From Yuukianura sp. NJ FZ-2021 (Eukaryota): DNA of 64,000 nt. The stretch spans positions 14,818,001-14,882,000 of the forward strand of contig CM102286.1 in assembly GCA_046563655.1 (NCBI GenBank), in the 5' to 3' direction. The position numbers and the translations under genes were made by a program. Below the pieces are notes generated by a model. That model ran no database searches, was not told the origin of the DNA, and saw nothing but the letters and a program-made list of their open reading frames with translations. This document shows positions 1 to 10,723 of the stretch, in pieces; the first letter of the stretch is position 1; each line of letters begins with the position of its first letter.

Positions 1-2
1 TC

Positions 3-104
3 GCCAATGTCGCTTGGAAGAAACCAGAAATTGCATTGAAAAAAGTCAATGCTAATCTTAAAAGACCATCTTCTTCTTCCTACGCAATGACTCTGAGCAT
101 ATGA
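3..104 (+). CDS. Possible 3' end of a gene entering from upstream (ANVAWKKPEIALKKVNANLKRPSSSSYAMTLSI*)
   Basis: Open frame from the window edge to TGA at 102-104, then AT-rich sequence with AATAAA near 262. No recognisable domain. Confidence 0.3.
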   Translation, partial: ANVAWKKPEIALKKVNANLKRPSSSSYAMTLSI

Positions 105-764
105 AAACTTAAGTTTTTTTTCGGCATCTGGCCTTTGACTAACAAGAAAACAAACAAGGAAGATGATATACTAATAGTTGCATTGTTAAAAACAGAGATT
201 TGGTCTGTGTTGACTAATGAACTTTTTGAAATGAAAGTTAAGCCGTTTTAGAAAGTGTATAAATAAATGGGAATTGGTTAGTTGAAGTTTAAGTTTGAAA
301 AGTAAAAGTGAGTTAGAGCGCATGCGTGTTAGCGGGTGGTGGTCACTCGAGTGCTGTGTGTCAACCAGTGTCCTGCTTACCCAAAAATAGCATCTCAGCA
401 GCAGCCTCATTTCAAATTCACATCCTCATTGTTGATTGAAATAATTTGGAGGTAAGACTAATGAAAATTTAAGACTTGTGCGCATCTTCCTCTGCGCAAC
501 TTAGACTTACTTAAGGCAACACAAGTGTTACAAGGATTAATCAGTCACAATTGACCAATCCCTGTCAAAAGTGGGGGGAGTAACTAATTCTAGCGCGGAG
601 GAACAAAAGTTCGCTTTTTATTGACACAAGGGATATGATACAGTAATAAATATTGATGTTTCATCTTTCCCTTTCATCAGTTACCATCTTCAACTCTCGC
701 GGATCTTTTCAAAGTTTTGAAATTTCGAAATTTTGAATCTTCCCGCCTTGGAGAGTCTTCCATC

Positions 765-1228
765 ATGGGCGGCTTCGTTCTAAGAATAAGGAGAAACCAG
801 GTACAAAACTCACAAAAATTCATCAGAAATTTTCTAAGAAAACTTAAAATTTTTATTAAAGAAATCAAAAAAATATTTATTGTTCATTTTTTTTGTAGGT
901 CAAGCTTCTGGAGTTGGTCTGCGTAGTGATTTTAAATTTCATCTTCACTGCGCATGGTCGGCCACAAGGTCAAGAGCCAAATTTCAATTTGCCCCAAACT
1001 GGACCTGCTCCGAACTTCAACTTTCAAAGTGGAGCGGGAAACGATTTGCCAGTGCTCCCGCCTGTTTTCGTGCCCGGAGGTCAAGGGGGTGGGGGCGGAG
1101 GGGGTGGGGGTCAACGCCCTGCATTCAGAAACCCCCTGGGAGGAGGGGGTGATGGGGGTCCCTTTAGCTCAGTGACCTCCTCTGTCAACTCATTCTTTAA
1201 CAGAATTTTCAGATTTTTCAGAAACTAA
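765..1228 (+). CDS. Small secreted Gly/Pro-rich protein, 2 exons (765-800, 899-1228)
   Basis: ATG 765 and a phase-0 GT-AG intron (801-898) join MGGFVLRIRRNQ to VKLLELVCVVILNFIFTAHG|RPQ. Signal-peptide-like hydrophobic stretch, poly-Gly tract, C-terminus SFFNRIFRFFRN. Confidence 0.7.
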
Positions 1229-1599
1229 GGTCAAAGTTCAAAATTTTAAAAATATTTATAGTATTCGCAACAAAATGGATATATTTTGGAATGTTAAACG
1301 AATCGGGTTCTAAACGTATTGACTTTTTGTGCCAATTTTAAAAGTTGTAAAATGTTGGAATTTGAAAATAAATTTGAGAATAAGGTGAAAGTTACATGAT
1401 CAAATGTTTACTTTTCTCTTATTTGTATTTACTATTCTTGACCTATTGACCTTTCAGAAAATTTTCACAACTTTGACAAAACTTTAACTAAACATTGAGA
1501 ACTTTTAACTGTTGTTACCTTGTTAAACTAACACAACTAACCTTAAATTTGATGCACAGTTGGTTTGCACTGACTGCATATTGAACTACAAAAGAGGAA

Positions 1600-1720
1600 A
1601 AATAAATGAGTGGAATGGGATTTGAACCTGTATCGTATCGTTCCGGGGAATCGCTCTCACCATTGAGCTACCCAGTTACAGTCTCACTCCTCTTCTAAAA
1701 TCCTGCATTTTACCTAACAT
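1600..1720 (-). mobile_element. tRNA-derived SINE-like repeat (diverged copy)
   Basis: Minus strand reads TGTTAGGTA...GGGTAGCTCAATGGTGAGAGCG (A-box)...GGTTCAAATCCC (B-box) then a T-rich tail. Related to copies at 36.5, 44.6, 46.1 and 46.8 kb. Confidence 0.6.
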
Positions 1721-1744
1721 TGACAAAGTTACTGGTCGTGAACG

Positions 1745-3063
1745 TTAGTTGTGAACGTTACCGGTTGTGAACATCAGTGGTTGTGAACTTTTGATGCTAA
1801 TTGCTACAAGTAGGTTTGAAGTGTAGACGACGATTGAGTTGAGTATAGGGAGTATCGCCTTGTTCGTCATTGGTAGAAACACGCCAATTCGAAATTCTAT
1901 TGGTCGACGCGTGCGCAGTACTTTTTGCTCCATTTTGGACCATTGACGGACCGTCTCGCGTTTCATTTCTGCTAAAAATTTGGTTGAAAGTGCCGGAACG
2001 TTTGCCATTTGTCCAAAAAATACCAAAACGACAAGGAGCAGATATACAGCGTAACACAACGCCATGAGTCCAATGATTCCGTGGATTTCAAATTGTGTTA
2101 TGCATATTGACAGACTAACGATAGCTCCTACCATAACGTGACTCAGCAGCATCGAGAACACGATTGGTCCAAGGACAGAGTTCACAACTTTTTCCAGCAC
2201 ACAGGCATGACCATACAATTGACCTGCACGAATCCGGGTATTCGGATTTTTCAAGTCCATTTCCAGTAGAGTTTGGATTGTTTCGTTAAATCTGAGGGTC
2301 GATTCGTGACAAATTACGGTAACGTAGATGATACTTGTACAGGCAAAGTCCATTGTAATGAAATACTGCAAGAAAGCTTCAATCCAAAACTGAAATTCTC
2401 GGAAATTTTTTGAACAGGTCAAAATTTCTTTGAGAAATGCAAAGTTGCAGTCAAGTACGGCTGAGAACGGGGTCATGAGGGTCATGCTGGAGCAAAAGGC
2501 ACCAAAAATCATTACAATTCCAGGGAGTTTTGAAGGGGCGTGGTCAGGATGTGTTGCTAAAAATTCAAAATTTACTCAAATTTTGTCTTTTCCTGAAATC
2601 AAATTAAATTTTTTAAAAAGAACTTACATAAAAATTGTTCGTAGGTTTGAATGGAGAGATTGAGTAGATCTGAGAATCGTTTGTAGTTTGAGTTGAAGAT
2701 AGTGTAGACATGGATTAGTGTGGACAAAATGTTGACGTTGAGCAGGAACATGCGTACTAGAATGTCAAAGGGAGAGGTCAAGTCTCTAACTGCGACTGAA
2801 TGGATGAATTTGAGGAGACAAGTGACCTTGAGTGTCACGGTGAAAGTTGTGGTCATGACCCAGCGTAAATATGCAAACCAGGTCAAGGGAACGACTCTTC
2901 TCTTTGAGTAATCGTAACGATATGGCGTAAAACCATAAAAATAACAAAGGTTTAAGCAGTAACTACGTCCACGATGACTCAATTCTTCACCATCAATTTC
3001 TAGAAGTTCAGCAACATGTTTTTTAAATACCAACCATAACTTCTGCAATAAGTGACACTTCAT
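1745..3063 (-). CDS. Gustatory-receptor-like 7TM chemoreceptor (~415 aa), exons 3063-2628 and 2556-1745
   Basis: A phase-1 GTAAGT..TTAG intron joins the two ORFs in frame. Multiple hydrophobic helices. C-terminal RPIEFRIGVFLPMTNKAILPILNSIVVYTSNLLV resembles the GR/OR TM7 region. Confidence 0.7.
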
Positions 3064-3990
3064 TGTCCTTAAATAATTATTTATATAATAATAATAAGTT
3101 ATTATATAATAGTAATAATAAAGTAATATATACACTTGGTACTTATCTGCTGTCTACTTGTACCTATGAAAAACAATGCCAAGTCAAATCAATTTTTGAC
3201 AATTTCTACAACCGGTGTCAAACTCAAAACCGCAATTTGGAAAGTTTTTTCGGAACATGATTTCAAGTGGTGGAGTGACGCAAGGTCAAGCATGAATTTT
3301 TCAAAATTTTGATCAAATTCTTTTCAAAATTGCATCGCAAATACACATTCTTCCAAAATTCAGTTTTTAACAACAAACATTGCTACATTTTATATAATTC
3401 GAGTGAAAAATTGGGCATGAAAGTACATTTTGTTTTTTGGAAATTTTAACTCGTGCAGAATTGTAAGAGTCATTTACTGTGTAATTTGTGGACGAAATGA
3501 TAACAAAAATATCAAAATTGAATGTTGTTCAAAGCACAGAATCCAAATATTTGCTTTTCTTTCAAAATTGTTTATATTTTTGAAACTTCATATTGTAAAA
3601 ATCATTGGGAATAAAATGTATATGCGAATCATGTTGCCTACTTATTTTGGTTACGTAATTGAGCAATGGAAAAAGTAGACTGAATTTTAAAAACCACATT
3701 TGGAGAGATTAGGTAAAAGAAATTTGCCTCAAAGCCTCAAAGAGGAAATTGATCAAAAGTTGTTTTAATTGTTTTAATCATTAATTTTTAGACCAACTTT
3801 TAGCCAAAGTCAGTTTCAGCGGTTAGCAAAATGACAAGCTCAGTTAGTGCTTCTGTGGGCTTCATCTCGCTACCTCGGACTTCCGTAAGGTAAAAACTTC
3901 CACTGTTGACCTTTGACCTCTACTTTTTTCAAGGTTAAAACTTAGTTAAAACGAGGTTAAAAGTTGTTTTAACCCTGTACAGAGCACAAG

Positions 3991-4862
3991 ATGTCTTCTG
4001 ACAATGGAAAACCAAAGTCGATGCAGGCAGAGTGGGTTAAATCGGATGAAGAGAAACCCCTGCTGACTGACGCTGAGAAGCCCCAGCATGAACCCACGAG
4101 GGAGGAGCTTGAAGCTGCAGCGTGGAAGCGCGTTTTTCTAGTTGTGATGGGCTACGTTACAATGCTGGTGCAGTGTTGCATGTTTTTTAAAACACAGGCA
4201 GAAGCCCAGGCCCATCCACAACAAGATACTTCAACACATCCGAACAGTGATGGAGGCAGAGCGTTTCCGGTGAGTTCAAATTTTTGGAATTCTGGCTGAA
4301 ATTTTTGAAATGGTGGATGAAATTTTTGAAATTGTGTTGCCATAGGTTACGCAGGCGCCAAGGTTGAGTGACATCAAGGAGGCTGACGAAGAAGTGCATG
4401 AGATCGTTGTAGAGGCACATGATGGACTGAGTGACAAAGTAGTAGAGGCCAAAGGTGAAGATGCAGGTGACTACACCCTCAGTATAATTTCATATAGAAC
4501 TCTCCATTCAGTAGGATTCACTTACTTTGTCAAGGTAATCAGGAGTTCAAAATTTAAGAATAAAAATTCAAAATTTAGATTTTTCAAAAGTTAAAGTTTT
4601 ATGGTTTTTCCGAACTCTAGAGTTTTTAGTGTACTGTAGACTTGATTAGCAGTTTAGCTCACCCTATAGCCACATATACTTTGAGTTGTTTTTGGTAACC
4701 TTGACCTTTGACCTGCGTTAAATTTTTTGATTTCAGGTCAGAATAAATGAAGGGCCAGAGTGTTTTCACGCAAGAATTTACAAACCAATTGATGGAGTGG
4801 CGGCGGTGATGGGAGATTTGATTTTTAACAAAACAGCAACAGACAATATTGAATATTTTTAA
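3991..4862 (+). CDS. Stefin/type-1 cystatin-fold protein with N-terminal extension and hydrophobic segment; exons 3991-4269, 4346-4534, 4737-4862
   Basis: Spliced C-terminal domain SIISYRTLHSVGFTYFVK|VRINEGPECFHARIYKP...NKTATDNIEYF* aligns with cystatin B (AVSFKSQVVAGTNYFIK VHVGDEDFVHLRVF...NKAKHDELTYF). Phase-0 intron after YFVK. Confidence 0.8.
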
Positions 4863-5885
4863 AAAGATTTGGAAAATTAACTTCAACAGAAGATAAGGAA
4901 AACTTTCAGAAAAGGTGCTTCAACAAATAGTTCAAAAAAAATTAGTTAAAAAAGTTGAATATTTAAAGCGAAACTTTACACTTGCAGGAAATTGTGGATT
5001 ACAGAGATCAATTTTAAGTGAAGATTAATAAATGTTTATGTCTTTCATAGTGGTTAATAAAATATTTTAGTAGTATATAAAATTATTATTATTTGTCTTC
5101 AATGAAATATTTTAACTACATTCTAACCGCAGCTTTTTAATCCAATACAGCGGTATCTAACTTTGATTTGCATAGCATTTAAACATAACCGCATTTGTTG
5201 TCTCATTTAAGTCGAATCGGAACTCGAATTGTAACTGCTGGAATTGAGAGGCACAAAACTCAAAGATTCATTTCCAAAAACTTTTTTTTTTGCAAATTTT
5301 TATTTTCAAAACAGGAACTGACCTTGAAAACGTTAAAAGTTCAACGTCGATTGAAAAGTTTCTGAAAAAAGTTTTTCGTCGCAAAAATTTAAGTTCAACA
5401 GTTACGTTTCCGTTTACGACCCATGACACCAATGAAAGTTTTCAGTTTCGAGTTCTGCGCATGCTGGGAAATTCAAACTCCATTTTTTCTAGTCTGGAGT
5501 AGATAATTGGCCAAGTTAGTTAAGTTTTCAATTGGGAAATTTAAATTTGGTCAACCGCATGTTAGTTGACGCGTATGGAATCTCACTTTGCGGTATCTCC
5601 AATCCACTTAATTCTTCAGATTGCCAATTTCTGTTCAGTTGCGAACACACTCTTCAGCTTACGTGAGGAAACTGTTGATTGGACGCCTGTTGATGGTGAG
5701 GCTTTAAACTTATGATTTCTTTTTATGTTTCTTCTGTTTTTTACCAAAAATCAACAAAAAAGTTCAAAATTTCAAAAAACTTCAATTAAAAAACATCTAA
5801 AAATGTTGTGGTTTTCAACCACACTATTTTTAGTTTTCTTGTAACCAATTTTGATGAATTCATATTTTTTTTTGTGTGTTTTTAG

Positions 5886-6879
5886 ATGTCAGAAGCAGTG
5901 GACCAAGATGATGTTGAAGTGGAAGTGGAAGAAGTAGAATTTTTTGACTCTTCTTCAAATGAAGGTGACGAACGTCCGAAAACTCCCAAAGTTGAAGTTC
6001 CCGATTCGGATGACGAAAGTCGCAAGGTAAAACCCGAAAAACTAAGATTATAAAAATCATCAAAAGTACAATTTTGAAAAAACTTCAAAATTTTGAAACT
6101 TTTTAGGACAAAGGTCATTCCCATCATCTGGGGGGAGAAGATGCAGATGATGAAGGTGCAAATCCAGCACAGAAGGAAGCTTTGGCTGAGATGCGTCAAG
6201 AAGATGCTCTGGACGAAAAACGGCGACGCAGAAAAGAAGCGCTGAACAAACAGCGTGAACGGGAACAGCGAAGATTGCAAAAAGAGAAAGAAAACACTCC
6301 GGGTTTTTGTGTTTCAATTTTGAAATGGCTGTACAGTCTCATTGCTTGCTGCAATCCACTACTTCCTCCGGTACAAAAACGAACCAGCAGATCCAGATCC
6401 AGTACACAAGAGGTTTGCACTTACCAAATTTTTAAAATTTACAAATTTTCTAAAATTTTTGAAAATTTGAAGCGGGAAGTGCCGAAACTGAGCGAACTGC
6501 GAGATGTGGACGACCACTTTGCTTACCTTTACAATGACGTTGAAGACATTCTGAAGGAGCATTACTTAAGGGCAGTCGGTGGTGGAGATTTTAACGACCT
6601 CAGACTAACTCCCGTTTCGTACAAATTACTCAGAAGTGGAGGATTTCATTATTTTGTTAAGGTAAAAAAAGTTAATAACTTTTTTGAAAGAAAAAGCTTT
6701 TTTTTTAATTTTTATCTTTTTTGAAACACTGTTTTTTGAATTTTTAGCTCAGAGTAAATCGCGGACCTGAATATGTTCACGCTCATATTTTCAAGACGGG
6801 ACGCGGACAGCCAATTGTGATTGGAGACTTGGACTTGGACAAAACAGCTGACGACGAAATTACGCAATTCCAACGCTAA
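5886..6879 (+). CDS. Second stefin-fold protein with long acidic/charged N-terminal extension; exons 5886-6026, 6107-6412, 6473-6661, 6748-6879
   Basis: All introns are GT-AG, phase 0. Domain PVSYKLLRSGGFHYFVK|LRVNRGPEYVHAHIFK...DKTADDEITQFQR* is paralogous to the 3991 gene. Confidence 0.8.
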
Positions 6880-7130
6880 ATTTTGAAAAAACTTTTGAAA
6901 ATTAGCATTTCACTTCGAAAAATTAATGAAACTTTCTTTTTGTTTTGTTGTTGCCCAACGGTGAGTTTTAAAATAAATTAAACTAAGCTCATTTGTCAAA
7001 ACTTTCACCAAAAACGCTTTATTTGCACAATTCAAATTCATTTTTTTTTAAATTGGGCGAAAAATTTACAAAAAATTGCTTAGTGGGAATAAGGTAAATT
7101 AGTTTTTAGAATGAAAGAAAAAACAAGTCA

Positions 7131-7841
7131 TTATTTCTCCGACGCTTGTTTTTGGTACAAAACGTCCGTGCGGACGGTGTATTTGGTTCCTCCTTTGACC
7201 TCTGACCCCTCGTGCAGAATGCCATGTTCAAATACCAGGATCATTCCGGTTTCCGGTACGACCGGAACTCTGTTTCGGTTTGCCAAACCGAACCACGAAC
7301 TTCCCACGCCCAGAAACGTCGTTTCACCCCCATCAAATCCCTCATTTAAATAAATCTGCAGTGTAATGAGCGTCTCTTCTTCGCCTTTTTTCCTAATGTA
7401 GGATCCATCACAGTGTTGTTTGAATTTCCCGCCTTTTTGGTATTTCAAAAACCGCAGGCGTTCGTTGATCTCTAGCAGATTCCACTTCTTGTCTTTGGTT
7501 CCGCGATAATTACATTTTGGCGGCAAAAAAGATTTGATTCTTTGAAACAGAATGGCGCTAAATTGTGGATCGTCGATCATGACTCGTTCTCCATCACGAT
7601 ATCCCGCTGCCACGACAGCTTCACCATCTCGAATGTTGACCATTGCTATTTGGTAGCCGTATTGTTCCGAAAGTTCAATCAGAGCAGTGCACTCTGCAGG
7701 CGTGAATACATGACGCAACAGAAACGCCAGAGCCCCATAGCGTCCAATTGGTTTCAAATCTAACTGTTCAACGGTGATTTTTGACTTGTCGTAGTTTGGA
7801 TCCAACGCAGAAGTAACGGAACCCTTGATAGCACTTGCCAT
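7131..7841 (-). CDS. 2-oxoglutarate/Fe(II)-dependent dioxygenase (prolyl 4-hydroxylase-alpha-like), intronless, 236 aa
   Basis: NERLRFLKY..G.KF..HCDG (HxD), TLQIYLNEGFDGGETTF, HEG (distal His) and KYTVRTDV (2OG-binding basic residues). Confidence 0.9.
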   Translation of the reverse strand: MASAIKGSVTSALDPNYDKSKITVEQLDLKPIGRYGALAFLLRHVFTPAECTALIELSEQYGYQIAMVNIRDGEAVVAAGYRDGERVMIDDPQFSAILFQRIKSFLPPKCNYRGTKDKKWNLLEINERLRFLKYQKGGKFKQHCDGSYIRKKGEEETLITLQIYLNEGFDGGETTFLGVGSSWFGLANRNRVPVVPETGMILVFEHGILHEGSEVKGGTKYTVRTDVLYQKQASEK

Positions 7842-9111
7842 GCTACAATTCCTTAAAACAAGTTTTAAAAAACTGGCAAATTTAAAACAAAAATTGTTGA
7901 AAAGTTAACTCCTTTTGTAGTTGACCACTCTTATCAAAATAGTGGAAAAGACTGATTCCGTTGAAGTACTTTTTTGGTGTAACAGGACGTAGAAAACCAC
8001 GTAGGTTATTATGAGGTGGAAAACTTTGCGAAAAATACACAATTCCTAATTCACTTTTTTCAAACTCAATTCATCCACAAAAAAATCAGAGATACACTTA
8101 TATAATCACTTGTGTAAGTGAAAACAGTTGTTGTGTTATGTTTTGAATTTCAATAAGCAAAAGAGCAACTTATAAAAAAGTTGATTTCTTACGATTGTTG
8201 CCACAAGTAAGAAGGTTATAAAAATTAGTTTTAGAAACCAGTTTAATTTGTTTTCAAAATATAACTAATACATTTTATTATATTAATTACATTAATATTA
8301 ATATATTATACATTTTCTGTTGTACGGTTCGTTTGTAGTTTGGAACAATTTTCACCTCATGGTGTTCGTGTAATCCTTTCGCCGAATTTCATGTTGGTGA
8401 GTCACTTTCACAAAAAAATAATAACAAAACGATTTCAGAACTTTTTTTTGCATATCTGATGAGGACAACGATAAGTGACTAAACGTCAATCGTTACTGAC
8501 GACTCTGTCCACTTTATGGAAGCTTTTTGCACTCTGACTATTTTTTAGAGTAGTGCACCAAATGTTGAAATTTTAGCTTACTTTCTCCAATAGGCAGAAT
8601 GTCCAAGGAGTCTAATATCTAAGGTAATTTCTTGCCATGCTAAAACATGGTTCAAATGGTTTTTTTTTTAATTTCAAACTGCTTAACATTCGAGATAATT
8701 TGTTTTTAAAAGTTAAATTCCGCTGTCTCTTTTTTTTTTAATTTTTACATTGTTCCTGGAACTGGAAACTATAGATTTGACATTAAAATGCTGGGTTTTG
8801 GCATCTTGCCATGTAGTCTTTCGTTTAGATTAGGCTAGATTTAGGTTAAGGTTAGCTTTTTCATTTTCTAAAAAGTCAGATTTAGTCTCCATCCTGTCCA
8901 AATTAATCTAATCAATTTCGAAGCAGAGCCGATGCTTTCCTCTGCTCAAATGAAAATCTTCGTAGTTTTTGCAACTTGAAACTCAAGGTTTTTGGTGGAC
9001 CGAGGAGAAAGTTTTGAGGAAAGTGAAACCAACGCCCACATTTTGCAAATTTCAAAGCCGGATTTTGTTTTAGCAAAATTAGTTTGTTCAGTCTGTGTCC
9101 AGTAGGCGGAC

Positions 9112-10557
9112 ATGGAAGGTCAGCAACTTTGTGTAGCCATTTCCTGCTTCCTTCTTTTCTGGACATACACTGCAGCACAAAATACTCGAGCAGCACAAAG
9201 TACTGCAACAGCACAAAGTACTGGAGCAGCACAAATTCCAGTACAGAAAAAATTACAAAAGTTTACAATTCATAGACAAGAAGATTGTTCCGACGCAGGA
9301 GAAAGTTATAGCAGAAGTGTGCGAAATTTAAAAAGAGTTTCCACTATTGCAGCATGTGGAGCCATGAAATGCTTTTGCAATCACCATGGAATGTAAGAGA
9401 AGAAATTACTTACCTACATGAAAATTTAAAATTTTGAAATTTTTTGCCAACTTTTTAGGTGGAGTTTTAGCACTTACAAAAATTTCAGACGAACTTTTCA
9501 AAATCCACTGAAAACCGGTTCGTCTCTAATGGAGCTCAACGGAACTTCCTGTGAAAGTCGAAAACTGAATTGGAAGTTTGTGCAGTTAGGGTCCATCCGG
9601 CATCTTGGAAATTCCGACACTTCGATACGAACTTTGAGTCTCTTCCGGTACGAATCTTTTCTCGGTCCGGAGCTGCGTATGACCGGTACTCGTCTGTCCC
9701 TCCCTTTCTCTCTAAGAATCAAGTCTTATGGATTTACTGGCGGCAAATGCTGGTCACTTTTTCAAAATTCAAATTTTGGCGGAAATGTTACTTGCCTCCG
9801 AACTCCCCCCAACGCCTCAAGGTCACTTCTAGGTCACAACTCAAACTTTACCTTAAATTTTGGCTCTGTTTACTTTTTATGTCCAAAAAGTTGTAAAAAT
9901 GGAACCAATCAAACAGAATTTAAAATTCCGCGCCCTCAAAAATTTATAATTTTGTTCACAAGGAGTAACGGAAACGAAAGTTTTTGGAACGAAGACAGCG
10001 ACGCCCTCTACTTTTCTGGAACGGAACTCCAACTTCCGTTTCCTCAAGTTTTTGTCGAATTTTCAATTGGTCAAAATTTTGAAAATCAAAATTTGGAAAA
10101 TAGTGGAGACAAATGGACAATTTACGAAGGAGTTGACTTCAATGGCAAGTCCCGTTGCTTAGCAACGTTTGGACAAAGTTCTGGACTTCGTCTGCGTCGC
10201 TACCGCTTTAGACGCTCTACTACGCTTGAGCATGATGAAGATTTTGTGGATTTCGGAGAAACGTGGTTGATTGGTTCAATTCGATTTGGATGTTTCTCGA
10301 ATCTGTTAGCAGATGAACTTTATGTTCAAGATTACGAAGACACAATCTACGATGATGTGGAACGACAAATCAAAACGGAAGTAGATGAAGACGATACAGA
10401 ATTTTTCCGAAACTCAACTCGACAGAACAGTTCGTCGGTACCAGACTTAGGAAGAGGTACAACCTCTGCTTCTAAGCATAAAGTGCGTTTAATTTTCAAT
10501 CTACATTTGGTACCATTTTTAAATCTTGCTTTTCCGCTGCTTCTGTTAAAAGCGTAA
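9112..10557 (+). CDS. Secreted, probably GPI-anchored protein with beta/gamma-crystallin-like (Greek key) repeats; exons 9112-9392, 9459-10557
   Basis: Signal peptide (LCVAISCFLLFWTYTAA). Three motifs of type W-x-x-Y/F-x3-N/D-F-x-G: GMWSFSTYKNF, CWSLFQNSNFGG, KWTIYEGVDFNG. Acidic/Ser-Thr spacer and terminal hydrophobic tail. Confidence 0.65.
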
Positions 10558-10723
10558 AATTTCATATTGTTTAAAAATTGTTATTAATTTCCAAAGAATT
10601 GTAATTTTAAACAGTAGAAATAAAACGCTAGAAGTTATAGGCTGTTCACTACCGAAAATTTTGAAAACATAAAGCATGTTTAAGTCTTGAATTTGAAAAT
10701 TTGTATCTTTTTTTAAAACTTGT

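Noticed and set aside
5575..5695. Upstream ATG exon for the second stefin-like gene
   Set aside because: It ends in phase 1, incompatible with the phase-0 ATG at 5886. More likely a 5' UTR exon.
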